NCBI GenBank assembly: GCA_949841595.1
Contig: CATKZB010000001.1
Coordinates: forward strand, 170,418-234,417
Reading direction: 5' to 3'
DNA length: 64,000 nt
Origin: an uncultured Christensenella sp.
GTDB taxonomy: Bacteria > Bacillota > Clostridia > Christensenellales > UBA1242
Under the pieces are notes generated by a model. The model saw only the letters and a program-made list of their open reading frames with translations, was not told where the DNA came from and did not search any database. The translations under genes were made by a program, and so were the position numbers. The number at the start of each line of letters is the position of its first letter. Positions within the stretch are counted from its first letter, which is position 1. This document shows, in pieces, positions 1 to 9,799 of the stretch.

Positions 1-1244
1 TTTGTTTTAATGTCATCTTTCATTTCATATGCAAAACGAAGTTTAGATTTTTTATCAGCAAGCGTCAAAACTTCATTGGCCAATTCCAAACATCCATCTC
101 CACCCTTGGCATATGCTTCACAAACAACAACTGGAGCTTTTTCTTTTTTACACAATGAAACCAATTTGTTTAATTCTTCAATATCGTCATCTTCATGTTT
201 ATTTATAGTCACAACGAAAGGCAATTTAAACACTTGCTTCAGATTTTGAATGTGTTTCTTGACATTTTCAAAACCTTTAACAATATCCCCATCACCATGT
301 TCTTTAACAACTTTCAAAACAATTACCAAAACCACAGCATCAGGATTTTTGTCAATCACTCTGCATTTTATATCCAAAAATTTCTCAGCACCCAAATCGC
401 TTCCAAATCCTGCTTCAGTCACACAATAATCAGCATGAGAAAGAGCAAATTTCGTTGCTGTCACACTGTTGCACCCATGAGCAATGTTTGCAAAAGGTCC
501 AAGGTGAACCAAAGTTGCAGTGCCACCACAAGATTGAACAAGGTTTGGTTTAATCGCTTCCTTCAGCAATAGTGTCATAGCATTTTCTGCTTTTAAATCT
601 TTGGCATAAACTGGTTTACCATTTTTATCTAAAGCAACCAAAATATTACCCAAGTTTGTTTTTAAAGTGTCCAAATCTTCACTTAAGCACAAAATTGCCA
701 TAACTTCACTTGCAGCAGTTATATTAAATCCTGTTGTTATTGTTTCCTTTCCAATCTTGTAAGTTATCTCTCTCAAGCTTCTTTCATTGACATCCAAACA
801 TCTTTTAATAAAGATTTTTTGAGTGTCTATATTAAGTGCATTTCCCTGAAAAATATGATTGTCAACAATTGATGCCAACAAATTATTTGCTTGTGCAATT
901 GCATGAAAATCACCTGTAAAATGCAAATTGATGTCATCGCTTGGTTCAATCCTTGACTTACCACCACCTGTTGCACCACCTTTAATTCCAAAAACTGGTC
1001 CCATAGATGGTTCACGAAGTGCAAGCATAGTATGTTTCCCCAACTTGTTTAAAGCATCAGCAAGACCAATTGAAGTTGTGGTTTTGCCAATACCTGTTTT
1101 GTTGGAAGTCATTGCAGTCACAAGGATAAGCTTACCATTTTTGTTTCCTTTGGTATTTTTTACTTTTGCAATATAATCTCCGTAACACTCAACATCTTTT
1201 GAAGATATTTCACTTTTTTTTGCAATATCTTTAATCAACTTCAT
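1..1244 (-). CDS. fhs: Formate--tetrahydrofolate ligase, N-terminal ~414 codons (C-terminus lies left of the window)
   Basis: Own minus-strand translation from ATG at 1244..1242 (GAGGTG SD just upstream): MKLIKDIAKK...VTAMTSNKTGIGKTTTSIGLADAL...REPSMGPVFGIKGGATGGG...GPFANIAHGCNS...TEAGFGSDLGAEKF. Missing from the ORF track because no stop falls inside the window. Confidence 0.9.
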   Translation of the reverse strand, partial: MKLIKDIAKKSEISSKDVECYGDYIAKVKNTKGNKNGKLILVTAMTSNKTGIGKTTTSIGLADALNKLGKHTMLALREPSMGPVFGIKGGATGGGKSRIEPSDDINLHFTGDFHAIAQANNLLASIVDNHIFQGNALNIDTQKIFIKRCLDVNERSLREITYKIGKETITTGFNITAASEVMAILCLSEDLDTLKTNLGNILVALDKNGKPVYAKDLKAENAMTLLLKEAIKPNLVQSCGGTATLVHLGPFANIAHGCNSVTATKFALSHADYCVTEAGFGSDLGAEKFLDIKCRVIDKNPDAVVLVIVLKVVKEHGDGDIVKGFENVKKHIQNLKQVFKLPFVVTINKHEDDDIEELNKLVSLCKKEKAPVVVCEAYAKGGDGCLELANEVLTLADKKSKLRFAYEMKDDIKT

Positions 1245-1299
1245 GCTTCACCTCAACTGTTTAAAATTCGTAAAAGAATTATAACATACAAAAAAAATA

Positions 1300-1331
1300 A
1301 AACAAAGAAAAAACACTTAGTTAACTAAGCA
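1300..1331 (-). terminator. Rho-independent terminator after the Nudix gene
   Basis: Perfect 14-bp palindrome CTTAGTTAACTAAG (1316..1329), followed on the minus strand by a T-rich run (tgttttttctttg). Confidence 0.55.
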
Positions 1332-1365
1332 TTTTATAGTATCATAAGTTTTTAAAATTATAAAT

Positions 1366-1884
1366 TTAAATATATTCCTTCAAAGTTTCACAAACCCAGT
1401 CTTTATATTCTCTTGCATGATCACAAAAATCTTCAGAATAAAACATCTTCACAAACTCATCGTAAGAAAGATATTTCACTTCAGAGACTTCTTCTTTTTG
1501 CAAAGTCATTTCGTCTATTTTATAATTTGTCTTAAGCAAATAAATTTGTGCCAATTCTTTACCTTTCAAATTTACCCATTCTTTCAGAAATATAAAATCT
1601 TCAGGTTTTGCAACAATACCCAATTCTTCTTGTGTTTCTCTAACACAAGTTTCCAAAACACTTTCACCTGCAGAAACATGACCTGCAGATGGCATATCCC
1701 ATTTGTTTGGACTTTTCTTTTTTAAGGCAGATCTTTTTTGAATTAATAAATTCCCCCCCCCGTTAACAATCCATATCCAAACAGCTTTGTGAAAACAATT
1801 TGCCTCTTCACTGTGGCAATAACTTCTGCTCTTCGCTCCTAAAAATTTTCCATTAATGTCAAAAGTATCCAAAAATTCTTCCAT
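1366..1884 (-). CDS. Nudix hydrolase
   Basis: 172-aa ORF with a Nudix box GHVSAGESVLETCVRETQEELGI (GX5EX7REUXEEXGU). SD GGAG lies upstream of the ATG. Contains a G9 tract (1753..1761) encoding GGG. Confidence 0.85.
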   Translation of the reverse strand: MEEFLDTFDINGKFLGAKSRSYCHSEEANCFHKAVWIWIVNGGGNLLIQKRSALKKKSPNKWDMPSAGHVSAGESVLETCVRETQEELGIVAKPEDFIFLKEWVNLKGKELAQIYLLKTNYKIDEMTLQKEEVSEVKYLSYDEFVKMFYSEDFCDHAREYKDWVCETLKEYI

Positions 1885-1947
1885 ATTTAAACTCCAATTT
1901 GATTATATCACAAAAAAATCGCTTCTACAAATAAATTTATTTATTAG

Positions 1948-1976
1948 TTGCATTGTTTGATAATTTGTGATAATAT
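1948..1976 (+). promoter_or_regulatory. Sigma-A-type promoter candidate reading toward tRNA-Ser
   Basis: TTGCAT (1948..1953), 17-nt spacer, extended -10 TGaTAATAT (-10 hexamer 1971..1976). The predicted TSS near 1983 coincides with the start of a pairing-rich segment (CGCCAC...GTGGCG). Confidence 0.45.
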
Positions 1977-2014
1977 TAACTTACGCCACACCATTATTAA
2001 TAAGAATTATTGCT

Positions 2015-2050
2015 TTGATAAAAAAGGAGAAGCAATTGTTAAGTGAGGTT
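2015..2050. repeat. Direct repeat copy 1 (TGATAAAAAAGG-AGAAGCAATTGTTAAGTGAGGTT)
   Basis: Matches 2196..2269 apart from a ~35-nt hairpin-forming insertion in copy 2 and a few substitutions. Confidence 0.7.
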
Positions 2051-2195
2051 CTCACACATTATTAATATTTAAAGCAGTGGCGCGTTATAGATAACCTTGA
2101 TTATATCTCACCTTAGTGGAGATAGCTTGGGAGAAGAACCGACGTAGTAGCTGTTAGAAAAACTTTTGTTTTTTGTGTCAGCGTTAAACTGAGTC

Positions 2196-2269
2196 GGTGA
2201 TAAAAAAGGGCATCCCAAAAATAAAATTATTTTTGGGAAAAAGGAGAAAGCAATTGTTAAGCGAAGTTT
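2196..2269. repeat. Direct repeat copy 2, interrupted by a hairpin (CCCAAAAATAAAATTATTTTTGGG)
   Basis: GTGATAAAAAAGG[gcatcccaaaaataaaattatttttgggaaaaagg]AGAAAGCAATTGTTAAGCGAAGTTT. The insertion is bounded by AAAAAGG on both sides. Confidence 0.7.
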
Positions 2270-2315
2270 TTGACACTAGGAAAAAACAAGCCAATCATGA
2301 AGCTTTCGACAATAT

Positions 2316-2405
2316 GCAGAGATGTCCGAGTGGTTTAAGGTGCAGCCCTGGAAAGGCTGTGTGCAAGAAATTGCACCAAGAGTTCGAATCTCTTTCTCTG
2401 CGCCA
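2316..2405 (+). tRNA. tRNA-Ser (anticodon GGA), encoded CCA
   Basis: Acceptor GCAGAGA/TCTCTGC. Anticodon arm CAGCC-CTGGAAA-GGCTG. Long variable arm GTGCAA-GAAA-TTGCAC. T arm AAGAG-TTCGAATC-CTCTT. Discriminator G followed by CCA. Confidence 0.9.
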
Positions 2406-2431
2406 ATTTTTTTTAATTTAAGGAAAAATAA

Positions 2432-2869
2432 ATGGAAATAAAACACTCAAAAAACTTTAAGACTTACAAAAAAGTTGAATCAAAGCTCATTGAATCTAAC
2501 TATCAAAAATCAAAATCAGAAAATCTCAATCCCTCAATATATAAACGCAAAATAAAAATTGAAGGATTCTATCTTTACGATGATAAAAATGTTGTTGGTG
2601 GTGCTGGTTTTTATGTTGACCACTACAATTGGATTTATGTTGACACTATGTTCGTATCAGAAGACTATCGTGGAAAAGATTATGGTTCAAAGCTTATTCA
2701 ATCAGTTGTTGCATATGCAAAGGAAATAGGATGCACTGGAGTAAAATTAGACACTTGGGATTTCCAAGCCAAACCTTTTTATGAGAAAAATGGTTTCACT
2801 CAATATGGTTTACTTGAAGATTATCCAAAAGGACACACAACATATTTGTTGGCATATAAAACCAAATAA
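2432..2869 (+). CDS. GNAT family N-acetyltransferase
   Basis: 145 aa with ...VDTMFVSEDYRGKDYGSKLIQSVVAYAKEIGCTGVKLDTWDFQAKPFYEKNGF (acetyl-CoA-binding R/Q-x-x-G-x-G/A-like core). SD AGGAAA lies upstream. Confidence 0.75.
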   Translation: MEIKHSKNFKTYKKVESKLIESNYQKSKSENLNPSIYKRKIKIEGFYLYDDKNVVGGAGFYVDHYNWIYVDTMFVSEDYRGKDYGSKLIQSVVAYAKEIGCTGVKLDTWDFQAKPFYEKNGFTQYGLLEDYPKGHTTYLLAYKTK

Positions 2870-2895
2870 AAAAGACCTAAAACAAGGTCTTTTTT

Positions 2896-2898
<3 letters not shown>
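2868..2898. terminator. Bidirectional terminator between GNAT and mnmA
   Basis: AGACC-taaaacaa-GGTCT, flanked by an A-run and a T8 run. Confidence 0.6.
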
Positions 2899-4454
<1,556 letters not shown>

Positions 4455-4487
4455 TAATTTAATTTTAGAATAAACACACACTCAAAG

Positions 4488-5942
4488 TCAAGCAACTTCT
4501 TTCAATTTTTCTGATGCTTTGTTGAAATAAACATAAGAGGGTTTATCATCTGGGACATAATGCAAAACATATTCAAAAATCTCTTTGGCTTCCTGATATT
4601 TTTTCTCGTTGTAAGCACGCACCCCTTCTTCAAACTTGTTTTTTAGTTTTTTAAGCTTTTCACGTTTGTTTTTTTGATAATAATTCAAACTTTCAAAAAG
4701 AGAAATTTGAGATTCTCCGTCCAATGACAAAGCTCCTGTGTAACGATAATCAAAATCAAAATTTTGTGGAAGTTCGTTTAGAGCCTGTTTGGATATCAAC
4801 AATTTTGTGCCAATATAAAGATTGATTTCCACCATTTTTGACGCCAGATTGACAACATCTGAGATGATAGTTGGGCTTTTTCGTTCTTCATCGCCAACAA
4901 TTCCAAAAATAATTTCGCCTGTGTTTATGCTCAATCTTGCATCTATTGCAGGAAGATCTTTTTGGCTTTTGTTTTTAACATCTATTGCTCTCAAAATTGA
5001 ATGAGCACATTCAATTGCATCTTGAGGCTTAGAAAAAACTGCAAGCACACCATCTCCCATATATTTATCAATAAAGCCTCCAAATCTTCTTATAAGTGGT
5101 GCAACGACTTTAAGATAAGAGTTAATATAGTTGAAATTGGCTTCCAAACTTAAAGTACGAGAAATATTTGTGGCACTTTTTAAATCACAAAAAAGAGTTG
5201 TGGCATTCTTTTTAACTTGATTTCCAAGTTCCAATTCTGCAATATTACTTTTCCCTAAAAACTTGAAAAATTGTTTAGGAATAAACTTTTGAGCTTCCAA
5301 ATTTGTTTGTCTGATTTTGTTTTCTTTTTCTTTATAATTATAATTAATCTTGTTTAAAGAATTCTCAATTTCTTTAAATTGCTTGCCTCCACCGACTTTA
5401 AAATCATCAAATTTCATCCTTCCATCACCCAATTTTTCAGTAATTTTTTCCACTTTAGAAAGAGGACGACAAGAGAAAAGAATGATAACAAAAACCAAAA
5501 TCAAATAAATTAAAGTTGCAAGCCCTGCCCAGAGATAATTGTTGTAAGAATTTTCTTGTGTAACAATGTTGAGTGTTGCACGAATTGATTCAGCTGTGAC
5601 TCCTGTCATATTTTTAACAGCCGTAATATAAACCATGAATGCGCCATAGGCCAAAGTGAGTGGAGCTAAAGAAAAGAATATAACATTTGAAAGTCTTTGC
5701 GTTTTCAAAAATCTAAAAAACAATATACTGAAAAAAACATTGTTTAATATTTGAAATACAAGTGCCACCCAAGCAAGAGCAGTGAAACGCAGTTCAAAGC
5801 CATTCCCCGTCGGCACAATGGTTTGCAAAAGATATTTTGTCAAAAATATCCCTGGAATAAATGTGGCGATAGTAAGTCCTATCAAAATTTTTGTTGAAGT
5901 TCTCATACGAATATTTTGAGAAAAAATTTTCTTTGTATGCAA
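4488..5942 (-). CDS. Membrane-bound class III nucleotidyl (adenylate) cyclase with a TPR-like tail
   Basis: N-terminal polytopic membrane region. Catalytic core is TLFCDLKSATN...GGFIDKYMGDGVLAVF...RLSINTGEIIFGIVG...TIISDVVNLASKM. The K...D specificity pair suggests ATP as substrate. The annotated start is TTG; alternative ATG at 5906. Confidence 0.75.
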   Translation of the reverse strand: MHTKKIFSQNIRMRTSTKILIGLTIATFIPGIFLTKYLLQTIVPTGNGFELRFTALAWVALVFQILNNVFFSILFFRFLKTQRLSNVIFFSLAPLTLAYGAFMVYITAVKNMTGVTAESIRATLNIVTQENSYNNYLWAGLATLIYLILVFVIILFSCRPLSKVEKITEKLGDGRMKFDDFKVGGGKQFKEIENSLNKINYNYKEKENKIRQTNLEAQKFIPKQFFKFLGKSNIAELELGNQVKKNATTLFCDLKSATNISRTLSLEANFNYINSYLKVVAPLIRRFGGFIDKYMGDGVLAVFSKPQDAIECAHSILRAIDVKNKSQKDLPAIDARLSINTGEIIFGIVGDEERKSPTIISDVVNLASKMVEINLYIGTKLLISKQALNELPQNFDFDYRYTGALSLDGESQISLFESLNYYQKNKREKLKKLKNKFEEGVRAYNEKKYQEAKEIFEYVLHYVPDDKPSYVYFNKASEKLKEVA

Positions 5943-6049
5943 AATTTGTTTTTAATTGAAAGTCAAACTTTGTCTAATTTTGTAGAAAAATGTCTGTTAA
6001 AGCGTATATTCAAATCATTTTGAAACAAACTAAGCACAAGGAGAAAAAA

Positions 6050-6499
6050 ATGGATCAAAAAGAACAACTCACAAAGTATCTTAATGCAGTATATCAAAAC
6101 ACAAGGACTGCAGTTCAATCAATCGAGGATATAATCTTGAAAGTGCAAGATAACGAACTTATCAACGAGCTTTCAAAAGAGCAAGATGAATATTCTTGCC
6201 TTGCAAAAGAGTGCGAAAACTTTGCAAAAGCAGAAAAAATCGAAGATTTAAAAGACAACAACTGGATAGAAAAAACAAAGCTTTGGACAAGCATCAATCT
6301 CGGAACAATGATGGACAAAAGCACCAGAAATATTGCTGAAATGATGTTACTTGGGACTTTCATGGGCATTGTCACCTGCATTAAGGACAAAGATGACCAC
6401 AAAAATATCTCGCCAGAACTTGATGAAATTCTTGATAAATTATATAATTTTGAAAGAAATAATATTGACAGATTAATTCCTTTTTTAAAAGAAAACTAA
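6050..6499 (+). CDS. Hypothetical helical protein
   Basis: ORF 5990..6499 trimmed to the ATG at 6050, which is preceded by AAGGAG. No motif recognised. Confidence 0.5.
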   Translation: MDQKEQLTKYLNAVYQNTRTAVQSIEDIILKVQDNELINELSKEQDEYSCLAKECENFAKAEKIEDLKDNNWIEKTKLWTSINLGTMMDKSTRNIAEMMLLGTFMGIVTCIKDKDDHKNISPELDEILDKLYNFERNNIDRLIPFLKEN

Positions 6500-6523
6500 A
6501 AACGCTAAACTCCATATAAAATC

Positions 6524-6553
6524 AGAGAGAAAATTATTTCTCTCTATTTTTTT
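6524..6553 (+). terminator. Rho-independent terminator
   Basis: AGAGAGAAA-atta-TTTCTCTCT followed by T7. Confidence 0.7.
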
Positions 6554-7382
6554 ATTTGGCAAAAATTTCTTTAAGTTTTGTTTCATAAAAATATTTTAAA
6601 GACAAATTTATCACCATTTTTTCACTTAAATTTATTATTCTTCCATTTTCAAGTACAAGGCAAAAAATATGAGTTTTTGAAGATTGGATTTTCTCAATCA
6701 ATTGTTTCAAAGTTGTATCTCCATTCACACAACAAAAAACAGGCTTAGCAAAATTTTTTGTTTGTTTATTAAAAATGTTTATCTTTTCATAACGACTAAC
6801 AAATTTCAAATCCAACATGCCAGCAAACAAAAAGATTGCAAACAGAAAAAGACTTGGATTGAAATTAAAATAGGTGCAAACAACAAAAAGCATTAAAAAA
6901 CCAATTGCTAAAACCAAATTAAAAATTACAGTGATTTTCTTTGCCGTCTTTTCTTTAAAAAAGAAAGAGGATAAACAAACAAAAATTCTTCCCCCATCCA
7001 AAGGATAAGCTGGAAGCAAATTAAACAGTGCCAAAAGCAAACTTATTGAGACAAAACTTTCTGTGAAAAAATAGGTTGTGGGAAAAATCCACCAAATTGA
7101 AAAGATAAAAAATGCTGACAGCAAGTTTACACAAGGTCCAGCAAAAGCAATTTTCAATTCGTCCTTATAATCCAAATTTTGTCCATAATAACAAAGTTCT
7201 GCACCATAAGGCGAAAGAGAAAACTTGTTTAATTGATAGCCTAATCTTTTTGCAACTAAAAAATGACCAAGTTCGTGCAACAAAATAGCAAAAAAATAAT
7301 TCATTGCAACAATAGGGCCAAGCACAACAATAAGCCAAAACCAAACAATCAAACCTACAGGATGAATGGAAAATTTTTTCAT
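6552..7382 (-). CDS. M50 site-2 metalloprotease, SpoIVFB-like
   Basis: HELGH zinc motif (LLHELGHFLVAKRLGY) and NLLPAYPLDGGRI second motif in a polytopic membrane protein. Start trimmed to ATG 7382 (MKKFSIHP), which has an AGGGA SD. Confidence 0.75.
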   Translation of the reverse strand: MKKFSIHPVGLIVWFWLIVVLGPIVAMNYFFAILLHELGHFLVAKRLGYQLNKFSLSPYGAELCYYGQNLDYKDELKIAFAGPCVNLLSAFFIFSIWWIFPTTYFFTESFVSISLLLALFNLLPAYPLDGGRIFVCLSSFFFKEKTAKKITVIFNLVLAIGFLMLFVVCTYFNFNPSLFLFAIFLFAGMLDLKFVSRYEKINIFNKQTKNFAKPVFCCVNGDTTLKQLIEKIQSSKTHIFCLVLENGRIINLSEKMVINLSLKYFYETKLKEIFAK

Positions 7383-7576
7383 AAACAAGTCCCTATGCAA
7401 ACAACACAAATCACAATTGCAACCACACAGCAAACAAGTGTTCCAAGCAAAAATTTCAAAGAAAATTTATGCTTTAATTTGGTTTGATTATAATTTTTTC
7501 CATATGATTTTTGCTTGTCCATAAAATATTTATATGTGAAAAAAAGTTTGAATACAACAAAAAAAGCATAGTTTGA

Positions 7577-8248
7577 CTATGCTATTTCATCGTTTCCACT
7601 TATAGTTTCAATCCCTGCTTCATTTTTCAAAAAGTCAGGCAGTTCTTCTTCATCTGGAAGTTTAAATTCATTATAAAGACTGTCACTTTTTTCTTCTTCA
7701 CCAGTTTCAATAACTTTGATTCTTTCAAGAAGTCCTTCATAATCAGGAAGTTCTGCCAAATCTTGCAAATTAAATCTTTTCAAGAAATTGTCAGTTGTTC
7801 CAAAAAGAAGTGGCTTTCCAACTGCATCTTTACGCCCAACAACCTCAATAACATTTTGGTCAATCAAAATCTGAACAGCGTAATCAGCGTTGTTAACTCC
7901 CCTTATCTCTTCTATTTCAAGTTTTGTGATAGGTTGTTTATAGGCAATGATCGCCAATGTTTCAAGGGCTGCTCTTGTCAATGTTTTTTCTCTTATTGGA
8001 TTTAAGACTTCACTGATATAATCTGCATAAGCTGGATTTGAAGCAAGTTGCACTTTGTTTTTATATGTGATTAAGTGAATCCCATTATCACCTTGATATA
8101 TTTCTTGAAGTTCTTTCAAAGCTTTTTCGAGTTCTTTATCTGTGATATTAAGTTTTTCTGTGATAAAAGACTTTTCAATCCCCTCACCTGCCACAAACAG
8201 TATTGAAAAAACAATATCTTTTAAGTTTTTTTTGTTTTCAACATTCAT
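7577..8248 (-). CDS. scpB: Segregation and condensation protein B
   Basis: ...ILFVAGEGI...LAIIAYKQPITKLEIEEIRGV... winged-helix pattern of ScpB. Lies directly after scpA. Start trimmed to ATG 8248. Confidence 0.85.
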   Translation of the reverse strand: MNVENKKNLKDIVFSILFVAGEGIEKSFITEKLNITDKELEKALKELQEIYQGDNGIHLITYKNKVQLASNPAYADYISEVLNPIREKTLTRAALETLAIIAYKQPITKLEIEEIRGVNNADYAVQILIDQNVIEVVGRKDAVGKPLLFGTTDNFLKRFNLQDLAELPDYEGLLERIKVIETGEEEKSDSLYNEFKLPDEEELPDFLKNEAGIETISGNDEIA

Positions 8249-8249
8249 T

Positions 8250-9038
8250 TCACACCTCATTTGCAGTGATAACGATATTTCCAAAAGTTCCACTTTGAAT
8301 AACTTGAACAGTTTGTAATTTCAAAAGTTCCAAAAGTGCCAAAAATGTGTTTATAAGTTCACTTTTTGTCATTTGATCATCAAAAAGTTCTTCAAATTCA
8401 AAGCGTTTACGCTCCTTGGCAAAATTTCTGATGGAAATAATCTTCTCTGCCACAGTAAATCTGTCTTTAACAATTTTTTTAGGTTGTTCATCTTGAACAG
8501 CCTTTTTAAGTTCTTCACGAGTAAGAAGCTTGGCAAAAGCATCAAGCAGTTGATCCAAAACCATATCTTTCATCACGACTTTAACTTTTTCAGTTTCTTT
8601 TCCCGGCATTCTGTAAAGCTTATTGACATCTTCAATGTCTTTAAGCTTCTTGCTAGTTTCCTTGAAAAGCTCATATTCTTTAAGTCTCTTCAAAAGCAAA
8701 GCTTCATCTGACTCTTCATCAAAAGTTTCTTCTTGCTCAACTGGAAGAACGCTTTTTGATTTGATCTCAATCAATGTGGCTGCCACTGTGATAAACTCAC
8801 TCGCCTTGTCCATGTCCACGCTTTTAATGTCTTGCATATATTCAAGATATTGTTCAGTAATTTCTGCCAATTTCACTGTTGCAATGTCAAGTTTTGCATC
8901 CTTAATCAAATGCAACAACAAATCAAGAGGCCCCTCAAAATTGTCAAGTTTGAAACGATAGACATCAGAAGACAAAAGTATATCACTGCTTTCTTCTGTG
9001 ACAACAGTCTGATTGATGTTTTGTTCAACTTCTGTCAT
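8250..9038 (-). CDS. scpA: Segregation and condensation protein A
   Basis: FEGPLDLLLHLIKDAKLDIATVKLAEITEQYLEYM is the ScpA signature. Start trimmed to ATG 9038, which is preceded by AAGGAG. Confidence 0.88.
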   Translation of the reverse strand: MTEVEQNINQTVVTEESSDILLSSDVYRFKLDNFEGPLDLLLHLIKDAKLDIATVKLAEITEQYLEYMQDIKSVDMDKASEFITVAATLIEIKSKSVLPVEQEETFDEESDEALLLKRLKEYELFKETSKKLKDIEDVNKLYRMPGKETEKVKVVMKDMVLDQLLDAFAKLLTREELKKAVQDEQPKKIVKDRFTVAEKIISIRNFAKERKRFEFEELFDDQMTKSELINTFLALLELLKLQTVQVIQSGTFGNIVITANEV

Positions 9039-9161
9039 GGTTTCTCCTTTCTTGAAAGTCTTTCCTATTATACCAGATAAAGTATATAAAAACAAGCAAA
9101 ACACAACAAATAGAAACAAAAAAAGATGTCTCAGTTCAAACATCTTTTTCAATTACAATTC

Positions 9162-9686
9162 TTATTTTGTTTTTTCTTCAGCATTTTTTGTTTTTTGAGT
9201 TTTTATTTTTTGTCTGTTGTTGAAGACCACTCTCTTAGAACGCAAATAATCTTTTATTTCTTTAACAACTTGACTATTATATTTTTGATTGATTTGTTTT
9301 AAAGCTTCCTCATCACCACGAGTCTCTTTTTCTTCTAACAATTTTGATAAACAAAGAGTGTTAATCATAGCTTTTTCGATATTTTTATCAGCCAAAAATT
9401 TTAAGTCTTTAATCTTTTCCAATTTTTTAACTATATCTGGTTGAGAAACCAAATATACTAAAAAACCTTCCATAGTTGCATTCTTAAAATTTGCTGGAAA
9501 TCTGTGGATGATTTTCACTTCATCCGAAAACAACAATGTTTCATTTTTGTCAGTCTTTGCAAGATAATAACCTTCAAATTTTGGGTCATTTTCAACTTTA
9601 ATAATGCTATCATTAACAAATGATCTTTTTCTTTCGTCATCAAAAATTTTATAGATTTTCTTATCTGTGTAATATTCTTTTATCAT
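9162..9686 (-). CDS. Hypothetical protein
   Basis: 174-aa ORF with a GAGGTG SD and an upstream TTATAAT -10 element. No motif recognised. Confidence 0.5.
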   Translation of the reverse strand: MIKEYYTDKKIYKIFDDERKRSFVNDSIIKVENDPKFEGYYLAKTDKNETLLFSDEVKIIHRFPANFKNATMEGFLVYLVSQPDIVKKLEKIKDLKFLADKNIEKAMINTLCLSKLLEEKETRGDEEALKQINQKYNSQVVKEIKDYLRSKRVVFNNRQKIKTQKTKNAEEKTK

Positions 9687-9755
9687 TTTTCACCTCAATA
9701 CGCCACATTATAACATATGAAAAACAAAATATCAATAGTTCTTATAAATTTTTTT

Positions 9756-9790
9756 GAAAAAAAGAGTGAATTTTTCACTCTTTTTGTTTT
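9756..9790. terminator. Bidirectional terminator
   Basis: AGAGTGAA-ttt-TTCACTCT, flanked by an A-run and a T-run. Confidence 0.6.
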
Positions 9791-9799
9791 CTTTTTTTA

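Noticed and set aside
2305-2311. Isolated perfect 0A-box heptamers (TTCGACA at 2305..2311, TGTCGAA at 56014..56020, also inside the 1281-aa ORF near 44364) and TGTCGAT upstream of recA (near 22790)
   Set aside because: Single 7-mers are expected by chance a few times in 64 kb. Only the five-copy cluster at 41168..41305 is reported.
2197-2421. 74-aa ORF spanning the tRNA-Ser gene
   Set aside because: It reads straight through a well-formed tRNA, so it is not a protein gene. Only its 5' part overlaps the duplicated SD-like segment discussed in the findings.
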